A DNA stretch of 64,000 nucleotides from a virus (lineage: Duplodnaviria; Caudoviricetes), in IMG/VR virus record IMGVR_UViG_3300027845_000349, positions 23,805 through 87,804 of that record; one strand, written 5' to 3'. This document shows, in pieces, positions 11,034 to 21,901 of the stretch; the stretch's first letter is position 1, and every line of letters starts with the position of its first letter. Both the position numbers and the translations under genes were made by a program. The notes below the pieces were generated by a model. The model saw only the letters and a program-made list of their open reading frames with translations. It ran no database searches and was not told the DNA's origin.

Positions 11034-11432
11034 TTGAAACCAAACGAAAAGAAAGCTAAAGAGCAATTTTCCAGGTATGTAAGGCTTAGAGACTGCATTA
11101 AAACAACAGGATCAACAGATTACGGTAAATGTATAACCTGTGGAGAGATTGTCCCATTTGAAAATTCTCATTGTGGTCATTTTATTTCAGGAAGAGGGAA
11201 TTCTTTATTCTTCGAAGAAACCAACTCTCATTTGCAGTGTCCTAGTTGTAATACATCTCTAGGTGGAAATCCTGAAGTATACCGGATGAAAATGATTAAA
11301 AAATACGGACTTAAAGAGGTTGAACGACTTGAATCTTTAAGACATGTTCCAGTAAAAATAAGAGAAGGTGAATTTGAAGGTAAATTTAACTTTTACAAAT
11401 CTAAATTTAATGATATGATTTCAAACAATTAA
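11034..11432 (+). CDS. ninG: NinG/Rap-like recombination endonuclease
   Basis: F..YVRLRD, CITCG, CGHFISGR...F.E.N.H.QC..CN...GN...YR..MI.KYG...VE.LE. Confidence 0.85.
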   Translation: MKPNEKKAKEQFSRYVRLRDCIKTTGSTDYGKCITCGEIVPFENSHCGHFISGRGNSLFFEETNSHLQCPSCNTSLGGNPEVYRMKMIKKYGLKEVERLESLRHVPVKIREGEFEGKFNFYKSKFNDMISNN

Positions 11433-12067
11433 GGGGGAATTTTGAAATATTATTTATTATCTATTAAATGGACTTATAGAGGAGATTTTGCTCTTAAATG
11501 GTGGGGTAAAAATAGTTCAGGTTATTCAATTTTTAAAAATAATGCTGGTCTATACGAAAAGGAAAAAGCATTTTCAATAAGTAAAGGATGTCATTGGTCA
11601 TCTTTCCCTATACCTCAAAAAGTTGTTGATGATTTATGGACAGAAGTCATTTATGAGCCAAAATATAGCCCTCAAGAGGGAAAAATTGTAATAAACAATA
11701 GACATACTAGAGGATTATTAAGAATTGATCCTTTTATTATGGAAGATGAATGTAGAATTGATCATACATGTTTTATAATAAAAAGTGATTGCCTATGGTT
11801 GAATACGTTCCAAGAGGAATATTCTATAGTTAAAACAGATGTGTGGGATATTATAATAAAAGAACCAGTTGAGCCATGTGAATTTTCTTCTATGGGAGAG
11901 GTAAAAGGTAAAAATTACAGAGAAGCAAGAAAAAATGCTTTTAAAGAAATTGATTATATTTATTCTGATATGGATTTTATTAAAACTATGAGTCGCTTTA
12001 AAGTTGTAAGACAAAAAAAGAAAGTATTGGTAAATCCAATATGTCCTAAATCTTGGGAGGATTATAA

Positions 12068-12808
12068 ATGAATGCTATAGGAACAAGCCGAAACCGATAT
12101 TTTGACAATACCAAGAATCACACAATATTTACACCACCACCAGTATGTAAATGGTTATCTGAAATTCTAAAAGATGAAATTACCGAGGGAGGTATGATAT
12201 TTGATCCTTCTGTAGGCTCCGGAAATTTACTTGATTCATTTGAAAATGTTATAAAACTTGGTGCTGATATTGAAGATTTTAGCCCAAATATTGATAGTTT
12301 CTTTCTAGGAGATTTTCTGGATTGGGAAAAGGGTGATTATCCATCTCCTGATTTAACAATGGCAAATCCACCATATAACCATACTGTAGAATCAAGAAAG
12401 AAATGGGGTAGAAGTACATTATTACCTGAATTGTTTGCTTCTCACTGTTTTAACATATTCGGGAAAAATTCAAAGATGGTTCTATTTACTCCAATGGGGT
12501 TAAGATTGAATACCAGGTGCTATACATCAAAGCAGGGAGATAGATATCGGAATATAAGAGATAATTGGGGTGATATTACATCTATAGTATCTTTACCTCT
12601 CGATGTGTTCCCAAACCCAGATTATGACAATTCAATAGATGAGGTCCGGAGAAATCCCAGGAAAGGTATATTAAAATCAAATATCAAAAGGAAAGAAACA
12701 CAGCAGGAGATTTTATTTTTCAATATGCCTAATCTTAAACCTCATTATTGTTTACCGGATTCTGTAATTGAAGAGCTAAGAGTAATGGATAAAGAGGCAT
12801 GGAGTTGA
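12068..12808 (+). CDS. Orphan DNA N6-adenine methyltransferase
   Basis: FDPSVGSG (motif I) and NPPY (motif IV). Confidence 0.8.
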   Translation: MNAIGTSRNRYFDNTKNHTIFTPPPVCKWLSEILKDEITEGGMIFDPSVGSGNLLDSFENVIKLGADIEDFSPNIDSFFLGDFLDWEKGDYPSPDLTMANPPYNHTVESRKKWGRSTLLPELFASHCFNIFGKNSKMVLFTPMGLRLNTRCYTSKQGDRYRNIRDNWGDITSIVSLPLDVFPNPDYDNSIDEVRRNPRKGILKSNIKRKETQQEILFFNMPNLKPHYCLPDSVIEELRVMDKEAWS

Positions 12809-13511
12809 TAGAATATACAATATCAGAATATTGGAAAACCATATCAACTGAAGCTTTTAAAGCTGGAGAGGAAAATGACAGTAGAAATATACATGAAGAT
12901 TCCAAAGGAGAAATTATCTACCTACAAAACAAACCTGATAGAAGCATATTTGAGCCCTACAGGTGATCCTATAGGACAGGTTGTAAAGGTAAAGGATGAG
13001 GCTGTAGAGGGTGTTTATAGATGTGATGTCCTTATCTACCATAATCATGGGAAAGAAGTTCTTGAAGCTATGAGTGCTGAATCAACACGGCTTTCTAATG
13101 GAGGTTAAACTTGAAATTAGAATTCCTCCAGAAATAACATGGGTAAATATGATCTCTGTAGTAATGGATGATGAAGACATAGGTCATATTAACCATGTAG
13201 TGAAACATATAGACGGAGATTTATTTCTATGTTCTGTTGATGTGTTTGAAAGCAAGAAGGAATTTGTCCAGGAAACAATTAAATAAGGAGAAAAGTAATG
13301 GTAATATTTGTACAGATAGTAGGAAGCTTATTCTTGATAATGTTAACTCTTGGATTTGCAGTAGGAATTTTTAAGGGCCTTATAGAGCTTTATTATGAAA
13401 TAAAAAAAGGTAGGATACAGATAAAACTACTAAAAAGAAAGCATAGAAGAGAATTAAAACTGTGGACTGAGAAATATAAACAGGAGTTGGATAAACACAA
13501 AGCATAACAAC

Positions 13512-13540
13512 AGACCGCCTTTATAGACGGTCTTTTTTAA
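13512..13540. terminator. Intrinsic terminator between convergent gene blocks
   Basis: AGACCG...CGGTCT hairpin followed by a T-tract. Confidence 0.65.
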
Positions 13541-15260
13541 TCTGCTTCTAGGCATTTCTTAGAGCACCAAGCTCCATCAGCTCCTCCAAAAGTTATAGAA
13601 TGCATTACATACCCTCTCTTAAATGTAACCTTATCACCACATTTATTACAGAATGTATAAGGTAATATTGATTCTAACATTTCCTTTTCTTCATAAAACG
13701 CACTTTTAGGATCTCCGAACGATTCTTTTATATTTACAGGGAATATGCTCATATCTTCTCCTTTCAACTACCTTCAGTATAAAGCCTATTTAATTGGTGG
13801 CTCTGGTAATGGTTGCCAGTGTGTTATATTATCAGTATGTAACCCATCTTCTCCATCGGAATCTATTGAATAAAACCCGTTAGAATAATATTCTCTTATT
13901 CCTATCCTTTCTGATATATCATCATAAACAAGATAATTTTCTGGCTCTCTGGGTAATCTATCTTTCACACTTATCCATTCCATTCTTTACCACCTTTAAT
14001 ATTAGTCTATTATATTTTCTTATCTGGAACCGTTAGCCATTCACCACAAACAGGGCAGAAGTTTATTTTAATCTTTTCCCCATGATCCAGACATTGATTA
14101 TCTCCATCTTGAGAAAGTCTCAAATAGCCTCTATCAATATGTACAGAATATGATTCTTCGTGTTTTAATGCTTCATTACCAGTTATTGTACCTTCTCCCA
14201 ACATTGCAAATATTGAGAAACATATAAATTCTTGCGACAATAAGTAATGATCGGTATTATTACAGTATTTACAACTCATCTCTTACCACCTTGTTTAATA
14301 TACTTTATAGTTAATTTATTTAAAATATTGTGGATAATCTTTCTTCCATTTCCTCATCCACTTCTTAACTTTTTTACCATCAATTAACATCGATCCTAAA
14401 GACATCCCATGAAAACCATTTAAAATAATTTTTCTGAAATATTCCTCTTCTGGTAATTCGACATCAATAGAAATCCTATCTTCATGTATTTCATCTGAAG
14501 CATCTTGTATTTTTGCCTTTGGGAATAATTTAATAATATCTTTTTTATATTCATTCCCGCCATAAATCAAATCATTCATATCTTTACCACCTTTAACTAT
14601 CCTTTGCTGAATTATTATTTAATTGCTTCCAGAAATAAAGCCCTCGTCATGTGTAATGCCTTTGCTTCGTCTTCGTGCTCAATATCTACCGTAGCAGGAA
14701 GCCATAAAGATTCTATGGCTAAAGCTCTTTTAATTGTGTCTTTTAAATTATCAATTTTATTATTAGCTTTAATAGTGAGTTTCTTATATTCTTCTAAAAT
14801 GTCGTCTTTTGAGTACTCAAGACCAGTACCGTTACAAGCTCCACATTTCCCGGAGCAATAACACCCAGAACCAGAGCAAGCACTACAAACTTTGTTTTCC
14901 ATCTTTTTTAATATATCCATTCTTTACCACCTTGTTTAATATTAGTAATAAGTAACTTTTCTTTCATAGTATTCATTATGGCAATTATCAATATAAATAA
15001 TATATATTCCTTTTAGCCATAATCTAATTTGCAATTCTTCTAGATTCAAAGCGTCAAATTTATGGGTATATTCCATCTTAATATTATTTTCATCGAACAC
15101 AGCAATTATATCGTTAGGCATATATTGATATTCACATTCATCCATTTCTTTTATTTCATCTTTTACAATTTGAATATGTTCTTTTTTTTCTACAAAGATT
15201 CTACCGTACCCTTTTCTTGTAAATGTCATTCTTTACCACCTTTAATATTAGTCTATTATA
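13537..15260 (-). other. Array of six small leftward ORFs, most sharing a conserved 5' leader
   Basis: ORFs 13537-13767, 13786-13983, 14010-14279, 14316-14579, 14615-14920, 14942-15229; five are preceded by a variant of AAAGGTGGTAAAGA-ATG. Confidence 0.8.
13786..13983 (-). CDS. DUF551-like small phage protein
   Basis: MEWISVKDRLP ... THWQPLPEPP. Confidence 0.8.
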   Translation of the reverse strand: MEWISVKDRLPREPENYLVYDDISERIGIREYYSNGFYSIDSDGEDGLHTDNITHWQPLPEPPIK

Positions 15261-15270
15261 TGCTGGGTTA

Positions 15271-15675
15271 CTAATAATTAAACTTCCACCCATAAAGCAG
15301 GTGTCTTTTATACGCTCTTTTAATTATGCTTCTTTTAATTATTCCTCTCATTTTTAATCTATCAAGTTTATCAGGTACAAGGGCAATAACTTCTTGTTCT
15401 ATTTTTTTGCAAATTATCATACATTCCCAATATTCTCCATATTTCTTTTTTGATAGATATATTTCATCACGTTGTTTTTTTAATGCTCTATATTTATCAG
15501 TTCTACAATATGCAAGATGCTTATCTTTTCTTTTATCTCTGTTTCTCTTAGATGTTGATTTGCCTAATTCCGTCTGATAATAAGTTTTTTTATTTTTCTT
15601 TATTATCTCTTTATGCATACGTCTGTACTCAATATCATACAGACGTTTTTTTTCTTTGTTACTTAGCATAATCAA
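15271..15675 (-). CDS. Basic hypothetical phage protein
   Basis: 134-aa K/R-rich ORF coupled to the 15659-15868 ORF. Confidence 0.55.
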   Translation of the reverse strand: MIMLSNKEKKRLYDIEYRRMHKEIIKKNKKTYYQTELGKSTSKRNRDKRKDKHLAYCRTDKYRALKKQRDEIYLSKKKYGEYWECMIICKKIEQEVIALVPDKLDRLKMRGIIKRSIIKRAYKRHLLYGWKFNY

Positions 15676-15868
15676 TTAATTCTGAAGTTATTCCCTCTTT
15701 AGCCTGAGAAAGAATTGATTGCTGAGTTTTAATTACTCTTACAATTTCTCTTGATTGCTGAGCTATTGCATCGGCTGTACCAACGTCAATATTGTTACTT
15801 TCAAGTTTTTGCAATGTTTCCCATAATACTGTTTTCATTGCTTTTGCTGATAATTTATTATCTTCCAT
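15659..15868 (-). CDS. Small helical hypothetical phage protein
   Basis: 69-aa ORF with SD; first gene of the leftward block. Confidence 0.6.
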   Translation of the reverse strand: MEDNKLSAKAMKTVLWETLQKLESNNIDVGTADAIAQQSREIVRVIKTQQSILSQAKEGITSELIDYAK

Positions 15869-15941
15869 TTATTTCTCCTTGATTAAAAGTAATAGTAGTT
15901 ATACTATATACGTGAATAAGAAAATAAACAAGAGGATAAAA

Positions 15942-16118
15942 ATGATAATAGTAAAGATAAAGAAGAAAGATTTCATAAAAGATTATGAAGCAATGTCAGT
16001 TGATGCACTAAAGAAAAAATATTCACTAAATAACAGATCATTCTATAAGGTTGTAGATGAGTTGGAACTCGATAGAAAGAGGGGAAGCTCAGAACATAAA
16101 AAAATAGTATTGATTTAA
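15942..16118 (+). CDS. Small HTH-like protein (possible Cro-like regulator)
   Basis: 58 aa from ATG 15942 with GAGGA SD; first gene of the replication operon, at a divergence point. Confidence 0.4.
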   Translation: MIIVKIKKKDFIKDYEAMSVDALKKKYSLNNRSFYKVVDELELDRKRGSSEHKKIVLI

Positions 16119-16127
16119 GGAAAGTGG

Positions 16128-16856
16128 ATGTCTGAAAATAAGAGATATTATTGGTTGCAGCTTAAGAAAGATTTCTTCAAAACAAGAGCTATGAAAAAGC
16201 TAAGATCTATTGCCGGTGGAGATACATACACAATTATTTATCTAAAAATGCAATTATTAAGCCTTGAAAATGGTGGTTTACTTTTCCATGAAGGTGTTGA
16301 AGATGACATGCTAGAAGAGGTTGCATTAGATATTGATGAGAGCATAGATAATGTAAGAATAACATTTAATTTTCTTGAAAAATGCAATCTTATAGAGCTA
16401 AAAGATGATGAAATGTATCTTCCAGAAGTAAATGAGAATGTTGGATCAGAAACAGCCTCAGCTCAACGTGTAAGGCGATTTAGAGCTAGGAGAGATGAAA
16501 AAGCGTTACCTAGTAACGATGGTGTAACATCCGGTAACGTAGAGTTAGAGAAAGAGTTATATAATAAGAGTAAGAGTAAGAGTTATAAAGAAGTAAGGCA
16601 TAAATACGGAGAATACAAAAATTGTTTTTTAACTGATGATCAATATTCCAACTTAATAAAAGAATTTGGAGAAAGTGAATGTTTATCAATGATAAAGAAT
16701 TTTGATAATTATGTTGAAAGTACTGGTAAGAAATATAAGAACCATTTACAGACTATGAAGAATTGGAAATCAAAAGATAAAACTAGCAATAAAAAAGATA
16801 AGAAAAGTAATTTTGATAGAGGAGAAGTTAATTTTGAACTCAAAGTCACCGAGTGA
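16128..16856 (+). CDS. Phage replisome organiser (replication initiator)
   Basis: KRYYWLQLKKDFF...MKKLR...GGDTY.IIYLKMQL.SL N-terminal domain. Confidence 0.9.
   Translation: MSENKRYYWLQLKKDFFKTRAMKKLRSIAGGDTYTIIYLKMQLLSLENGGLLFHEGVEDDMLEEVALDIDESIDNVRITFNFLEKCNLIELKDDEMYLPEVNENVGSETASAQRVRRFRARRDEKALPSNDGVTSGNVELEKELYNKSKSKSYKEVRHKYGEYKNCFLTDDQYSNLIKEFGESECLSMIKNFDNYVESTGKKYKNHLQTMKNWKSKDKTSNKKDKKSNFDRGEVNFELKVTE
16490..16590. repeat. Putative replication origin repeats inside the initiator gene
   Basis: Clustered GTAAC(G/A)/GTTAC motifs and AAGAGT x3 in the linker; typical position for lambdoid ori iterons. Confidence 0.4.
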
Positions 16857-17652
16857 AGACAGAATAAATATTCTTAAAGAACCAGAAAAGGATTATGAAG
16901 CAGGGAAAGACTCTTTCAAAAAGTGGCATGAAAAACTTAAGAGTAATAGGGAAGTCAAAGAATCTGATATGGCTAATGAACTGGAAGAAAGAGGAGTTGA
17001 AAAACTATTAAAATGCTCTACTTGTGGAAGAGAGGTTTATCAAGATGAAATAGTTCTTCCTGAAAATAGAATTGTATATGATATGTGTTCTGTTTGCTCA
17101 GATAAGAAAGCAGAAATGATCGATAAACAGACAAGAGAATTAAGATCTAATTATTTTGATTCAATTATACCTCCAAGATATTTGTCGGTTGGAGTGAAAG
17201 ATTCTTCTAATAGCAAAATATTAAATTCAGACGGATGTATTTTATTTGGCGGATATGGCACTGGCAAGACCTGGAACTCATATTCTGTTGCAAAAAAACT
17301 TTATATTGACGGTACTATAGAGGAATTTAAAATAATAACTGAAATTGGAATGATTAACGAATTAAAATCAGGATTCAACGACCAAACATTTGATTCTAAG
17401 ATTTCTAACTTTAAAAGTGTTGATCTTTTGGTTGTAGATGAAATGGGAAAATCTAACGATACCGATTTTAATAAAGCTCAATTATTTGAAATTTTAAATC
17501 ATAGATATGACTGGATGAAAAGAACTATTTTAATATGCAATGCAAAAGAGATTTCAGAACTTCATGAAATACTATCTCCAGCCATACTTGATAGATTTAG
17601 AGAGTGTATAATTGAGATGTCTGGAGAGTCAAAGAGGTATCATAAAACATAA
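16813..17652 (+). CDS. DnaC/IstB-like AAA+ helicase loader
   Basis: Walker A GGYGTGKT, Walker B LLVVDEMG, CxxC pairs; start may be TTG 16834. Confidence 0.9.
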   Translation: MIEEKLILNSKSPSEDRINILKEPEKDYEAGKDSFKKWHEKLKSNREVKESDMANELEERGVEKLLKCSTCGREVYQDEIVLPENRIVYDMCSVCSDKKAEMIDKQTRELRSNYFDSIIPPRYLSVGVKDSSNSKILNSDGCILFGGYGTGKTWNSYSVAKKLYIDGTIEEFKIITEIGMINELKSGFNDQTFDSKISNFKSVDLLVVDEMGKSNDTDFNKAQLFEILNHRYDWMKRTILICNAKEISELHEILSPAILDRFRECIIEMSGESKRYHKT

Positions 17653-18896
17653 AGGATAATAGGGTGAAAGATATTCCAGAAGTAAATAAAACGTATAAAT
17701 ATTTTGATGACGGTAAAATTAGATTGTCTAGAATGGATAATGCTAGAATAAAAGAGGTTATCCCATTCAATGAAATAGACGATGAAACTTTAAAAGAATG
17801 GAAAAAAGAAGTTATTCAATGTGACTGGCTTTATTCTCCTAAAACTGATTTTTTTATCAAGGCATTTTTAGAAAGAAGCGAAGATAATGTTATATTTGTC
17901 AGAACTAAAGATCAATGTTGGTTTAGTTTGGGGTGGTGGGCTGGTGTATTGGACATTGACGGAACTTTGGAAAAGTCAATGTTTTAGGCTGTATAAGTTT
18001 AAGTAACTATAAGAGGGTAGAAGAATGATAATACTGTTAAATATATTAATGATCCTGTTTTTTACGATAGGGTTCTTTTTAATAAGAATGAAAATAGCTC
18101 TGTCTATAAATAATAAATTTGCGATATGGGCCGTTGAAGAGTTGGATAAAAGGATAGGTACTAAAGACATAGATTACCCAGGAAATGTATACCTGCAATT
18201 TAGCCCAGAAGAATTTATTTTTAGGAAAATAAATTGTTGGGATTTTAAATCAGTCCTGGAATATTGTAAACAAAAAAAAATACTTATGGAGGTTTAAATG
18301 ATCCGAGCAAAAGAAGCAGCAAATAAAATAGGATGTACAGTAACAACACTATACAGATACGCCAAACTATACAATTTAGGAAAAACTGCAGGAAACTGTA
18401 ATAACGGTCTTGTTAAATTGCAATTTGATAAAGAGGACATAGTTTTTATTAAGAATATGATGAAAGATCCATCTTTTAAGAAAATTAAACAATGTTCCTA
18501 TTACAACGATGTAACCGGTAGTTACCATAGTTTAACGATGTAGGATGAAAGATGAATAATAAACTATACTCCATGGAAGAGATATTAAGAGCTCTGGATG
18601 TTTCCGGTATAAAATTGGTATCAACCAGGAAGAAATTCTTTGATGCTCTTATCTCTGAAGAAAAAAAGATAACAGAAGAAGAGCAGCAGATTATAAGATG
18701 TTTAAGTGATGGATATTGATAACTAAAAAGGGGGGAATATGAAATATGATAGGTTCCACGTAGGGATAATTTGTGGTGCTTGCTATTCCTGGTCAATAAG
18801 TTTTATTAGAAATTCAGATTGGAGAGGTGCAGTATTTATGGTAGTAGGAACAATACTTCTTGTTTTAGGAACAAGAAACATGCATGAAGAAAATGA

Positions 18897-19208
18897 ATGA
18901 TAAAAATATATATAAGTGGTGGAATGTCTGGAATTCCAAACCTTAACAGAGAATCTTTCAAAACAGCATACTTAAAATTAATTGAACCAGATGTAAAAGT
19001 AATCAATCCGCATGATATAGGAGATTTCCTACATATCCCTGAGTGGATGCCGTCAAAAATATCATGGTGGATGTACATAATTGTCGATGTGCTGGCACTT
19101 CTCACCTGTAATGAGGTTTATATGCTGAGAGGGTGGGAAAGCTCAAAGGGAGCCAATGCCGAGCTTAAAGTGGCAAAATTTCTGAAGTATAAAGTAATAT
19201 TTGAATAA
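18897..19208 (+). CDS. DUF4406-family protein
   Basis: IYISGGMSG.P.LN...F, VINP, ML.GWE.SKGA..E. Confidence 0.85.
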   Translation: MIKIYISGGMSGIPNLNRESFKTAYLKLIEPDVKVINPHDIGDFLHIPEWMPSKISWWMYIIVDVLALLTCNEVYMLRGWESSKGANAELKVAKFLKYKVIFE

Positions 19209-19255
19209 TTAAAAATATTCTTGATTTATAATATTTATTGCATTATATTTATTAT

Positions 19256-19400
19256 ATCAGATTGGATCCTGATCAGAACTAACAATAATCTTTACTGATT
19301 ATGAGACTTGTAATAGTTTTTTGAGAAGTAATACGACATCCTTTTGTTAGTAGGTAGTATTGCTTGATCCAACTCGGAAACTATTACTGGTCTTTTTTTT
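19256..19400 (+). promoter_or_regulatory. Structured leader/attenuator upstream of an antirepressor-like gene
   Basis: Promoter TTGATT-17-TATATT; long hairpin 19304-19393 plus T-tract; upstream boxes complementary to its loop and bulge. Confidence 0.55.
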
Positions 19401-19416
19401 ATTTCTGGGAGGGAAT

Positions 19417-20064
19417 ATGACAATTAAAGAATTATCAATATTCACTGGAAAAACAGTAAGAACTATAAGAACATGGATTTCTAAGTGTGATTCTATACCC
19501 TATGACAAAACTTCACAGGGTAGTGAAGAAACTTCACAGGGTATTCCAATAGATTATTCTATCGATGAAGTTGAGTCTATCCTTAACTCAGGTTCAATGT
19601 CAAAAGATGCCGTTAAAATACTAATGGAAAATGCTAGGAATAAAAATATTCCTGTTGTCCCAGAAGGTGTAAACAGCAATACTGCTATGGTTTTAATGTT
19701 TATGGAAAAGTTGCAAGAACAAAACCAGCAATTTATTAATACGATGTTTGAAAGATTTATAGGTGATTATAAATCAGAAATAAAACCAATAAGAGAAATA
19801 GAGTATGTTCCTGAACCTTCTCCCAGAAGAATATTTGTTAATAAGGTAGCTCAATACGCTGGTGTATCAAAAAAGAACTATTCCAATGCGTATAAGTCTG
19901 TTTATGATGAAATAGGAATGTGTTTAGGTATTAGAGTTTCTGCAAGAGCCAAAACTAGAAAAGTGAAAGGAATTGATGTTCTGGAGCAAGACGGGTATCT
20001 CCTCAAATCCATTGTTGTGATTGACCGTATGATAACTTCAGAAAGAGGTATAAGAAATGAATGA
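19417..20064 (+). CDS. HTH-containing antirepressor-like protein
   Basis: MTIKELSIFTGKTVRTIRTWI HTH after a GGAGGG SD; C-terminal region resembles antirepressor tails. Confidence 0.5.
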   Translation: MTIKELSIFTGKTVRTIRTWISKCDSIPYDKTSQGSEETSQGIPIDYSIDEVESILNSGSMSKDAVKILMENARNKNIPVVPEGVNSNTAMVLMFMEKLQEQNQQFINTMFERFIGDYKSEIKPIREIEYVPEPSPRRIFVNKVAQYAGVSKKNYSNAYKSVYDEIGMCLGIRVSARAKTRKVKGIDVLEQDGYLLKSIVVIDRMITSERGIRNE

Positions 20065-20476
20065 TATAGATATTAAATTTATTAAATGGATGCTTGGTAA
20101 AGATTCTCTTAATAGATGGAAGATATTCGAGAATGAATCTAAACAGACACATGGCCTTATGTACATACCAAAAGAAGAAGAGACCATGTATTCTTCTGAG
20201 TTTTACAAGAATGGATCTGGATTCAAATATGGGATAACTGTTTATCATATTCTTCTCCAGAGAGCTATGGATGGCATAAATAAAGAATCATACTTTGGTT
20301 CTAGCCAAATAGAAATTGTTTCTCATAGATGGGGAATCAAAATAAAAGATTATAGTACCGACAATCATGATAAAAAACATTTTAGATTTGAAAGTTATGA
20401 AAATTACAAAGAATCAGCACTTAAATATATCTATGAACAGGAGACAAAAGATTCTTAATTCAATAAGGGGGAATTT

Positions 20477-20563
20477 ATGAAATATTTTATATTTACAGCA
20501 ATAATAATTATACTTATGTTTTTATTTAATTTATTGTCAAAAGATGTAAACAAAGATGAATAG
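20477..20563 (+). CDS. 28-aa single-TM peptide
   Basis: MKYFIFTAIIIILMFLFNLLSKDVNKDE with GGGGGAAT SD; below the ORF-track cutoff. Confidence 0.55.
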   Translation: MKYFIFTAIIIILMFLFNLLSKDVNKDE

Positions 20564-20572
20564 TGAAAAATC

Positions 20573-20671
20573 GGGGATATGGCAGAATGGAGCCTTTCGA
20601 GGCGAATGCACAATTAGTCAATAATTGATCCATGGTGACACATGGTGGAGGAACAATACCTTCTATCTCCA
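20573..20671 (+). ncRNA. Non-canonical tRNA-like RNA with Ala-type acceptor and TCA at the anticodon position
   Basis: GGGGATA/TATCTCC-A acceptor; D-stem GCA/TGC with an inserted GCCT-TTCG-AGGC hairpin; CAATT-AGTCAAT-AATTG arm; long V-arm; T-arm GGAGG-AACAATA-CCTTC. Confidence 0.7.
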
Positions 20672-21540
20672 ATAGCCCTTGTGGGTGAATAATTTTTTTT
20701 TAGTTTTTTCATTACATCTGAATTATTTAACAGATGGGTGATAGAACTCTTATGCTTTTAGCCGGGAATAGAAGAGGCCTTTGGTTCTCGGCTTTTTTAT
20801 CGGGGGATAAATGGAATGTAGTAAATGTGAGAATATGAAAGATACCTGCTCTGTAGAGAATCTTTATGCTATAGGATATCTAAAAGCATGCCCTAATATA
20901 AAAGAGCCAGTACTGAACGAATATGGATGGCTGCTTAATCCTATGAGTGAGAAATACCAATTATCTAATGGCCATATCTTTTTAATTCCTGAAGAAATAA
21001 ACCAAAAATGGATCATGACTTGGATGATTACTAAAAACGGATCCGGAAGTTGTGGAAAAACAAAACCAGATTTATATATTTTCTCATATAAAAAAGCAAT
21101 TGAAGAAATTTTAAAGCACTACAGATTAAACGAATTAGACATAACCGAAATAAAATATATTTTTGAAAATAAGTTTGATAGTAGAAGAATTTTCATGGAA
21201 AAAGAAATAGATGAAGTTGAAGAAAAACCCGAAGAAATATATGTAAGTCCTTTTGAACATATAGAGTATGGAAATATTGGCGATCAGTTAGATTTATTCT
21301 AAATAAGTTAATAAAGTAATAAAAATAACTATTGATCAAAAGATTAAATGGCTATATTATTGATAATAACAATAATTATAGGAGAACTAAAATGTTCACA
21401 CAAGTTAAATGTACAGGAGAGGTAGAGAAGCTTCTGAAAGAGCATAAAGAAAAACACTTTTCTCATCTTAAATCATGGGCTGCGTATTTTATAGAAATGT
21501 CCAGACAAAGAGCTGAAGAAGATAATAAGGGGGGAGGTAA

Positions 21541-21891
21541 ATGAAGAAATTAAGTCTAATAGTTATTTTTGTAGTTGCTATGTTATCAAATATAAGTGCA
21601 TCAGAAATATCAGAATTAAATTATGATTTTTGGGGGAATATTATATATAAGGCACAATTAGGATATGTAATAGGTTTTATAGCTTCTGCAGAGACTCATT
21701 ATGAATGGTTATTAGAAAAAGATTATAATATCCCAAAAGAGGATTATATTGAAATATTTGATTATCCTGTATTAGCTGGTGAACTTTCTGATGCGATAGA
21801 TCGTTATTACATAAACAATCCAGACAAGAGAAGTGATCCAGTTAATTACGTTATTTTATGGATAATGCAAAAAGATTACTGGAATAAATAA
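21541..21891 (+). CDS. Secreted helical protein (weak resemblance to Rap1a-type immunity proteins)
   Basis: Signal peptide; GYVIGF and DRYY.NNP patterns. Confidence 0.35.
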   Translation: MKKLSLIVIFVVAMLSNISASEISELNYDFWGNIIYKAQLGYVIGFIASAETHYEWLLEKDYNIPKEDYIEIFDYPVLAGELSDAIDRYYINNPDKRSDPVNYVILWIMQKDYWNK

Positions 21892-21901
21892 GGGGGAATA
21901 A

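Noticed and set aside
13537-15260. CRISPR array or integron attC array
   Set aside because: The spacers are whole genes of variable length, the repeats are non-palindromic leaders containing the SD, and no Cas or integron integrase is present.
20573-20671. Selenocysteine tRNA, or genome-wide TGA recoding, suggested by the UCA anticodon and long V-arm
   Set aside because: It has a 7-bp Ala-type acceptor and no Sec-type D-arm. Many genes end in TGA within ATGA overlaps, Trp is encoded by TGG, and ORFs are intact in code 11.
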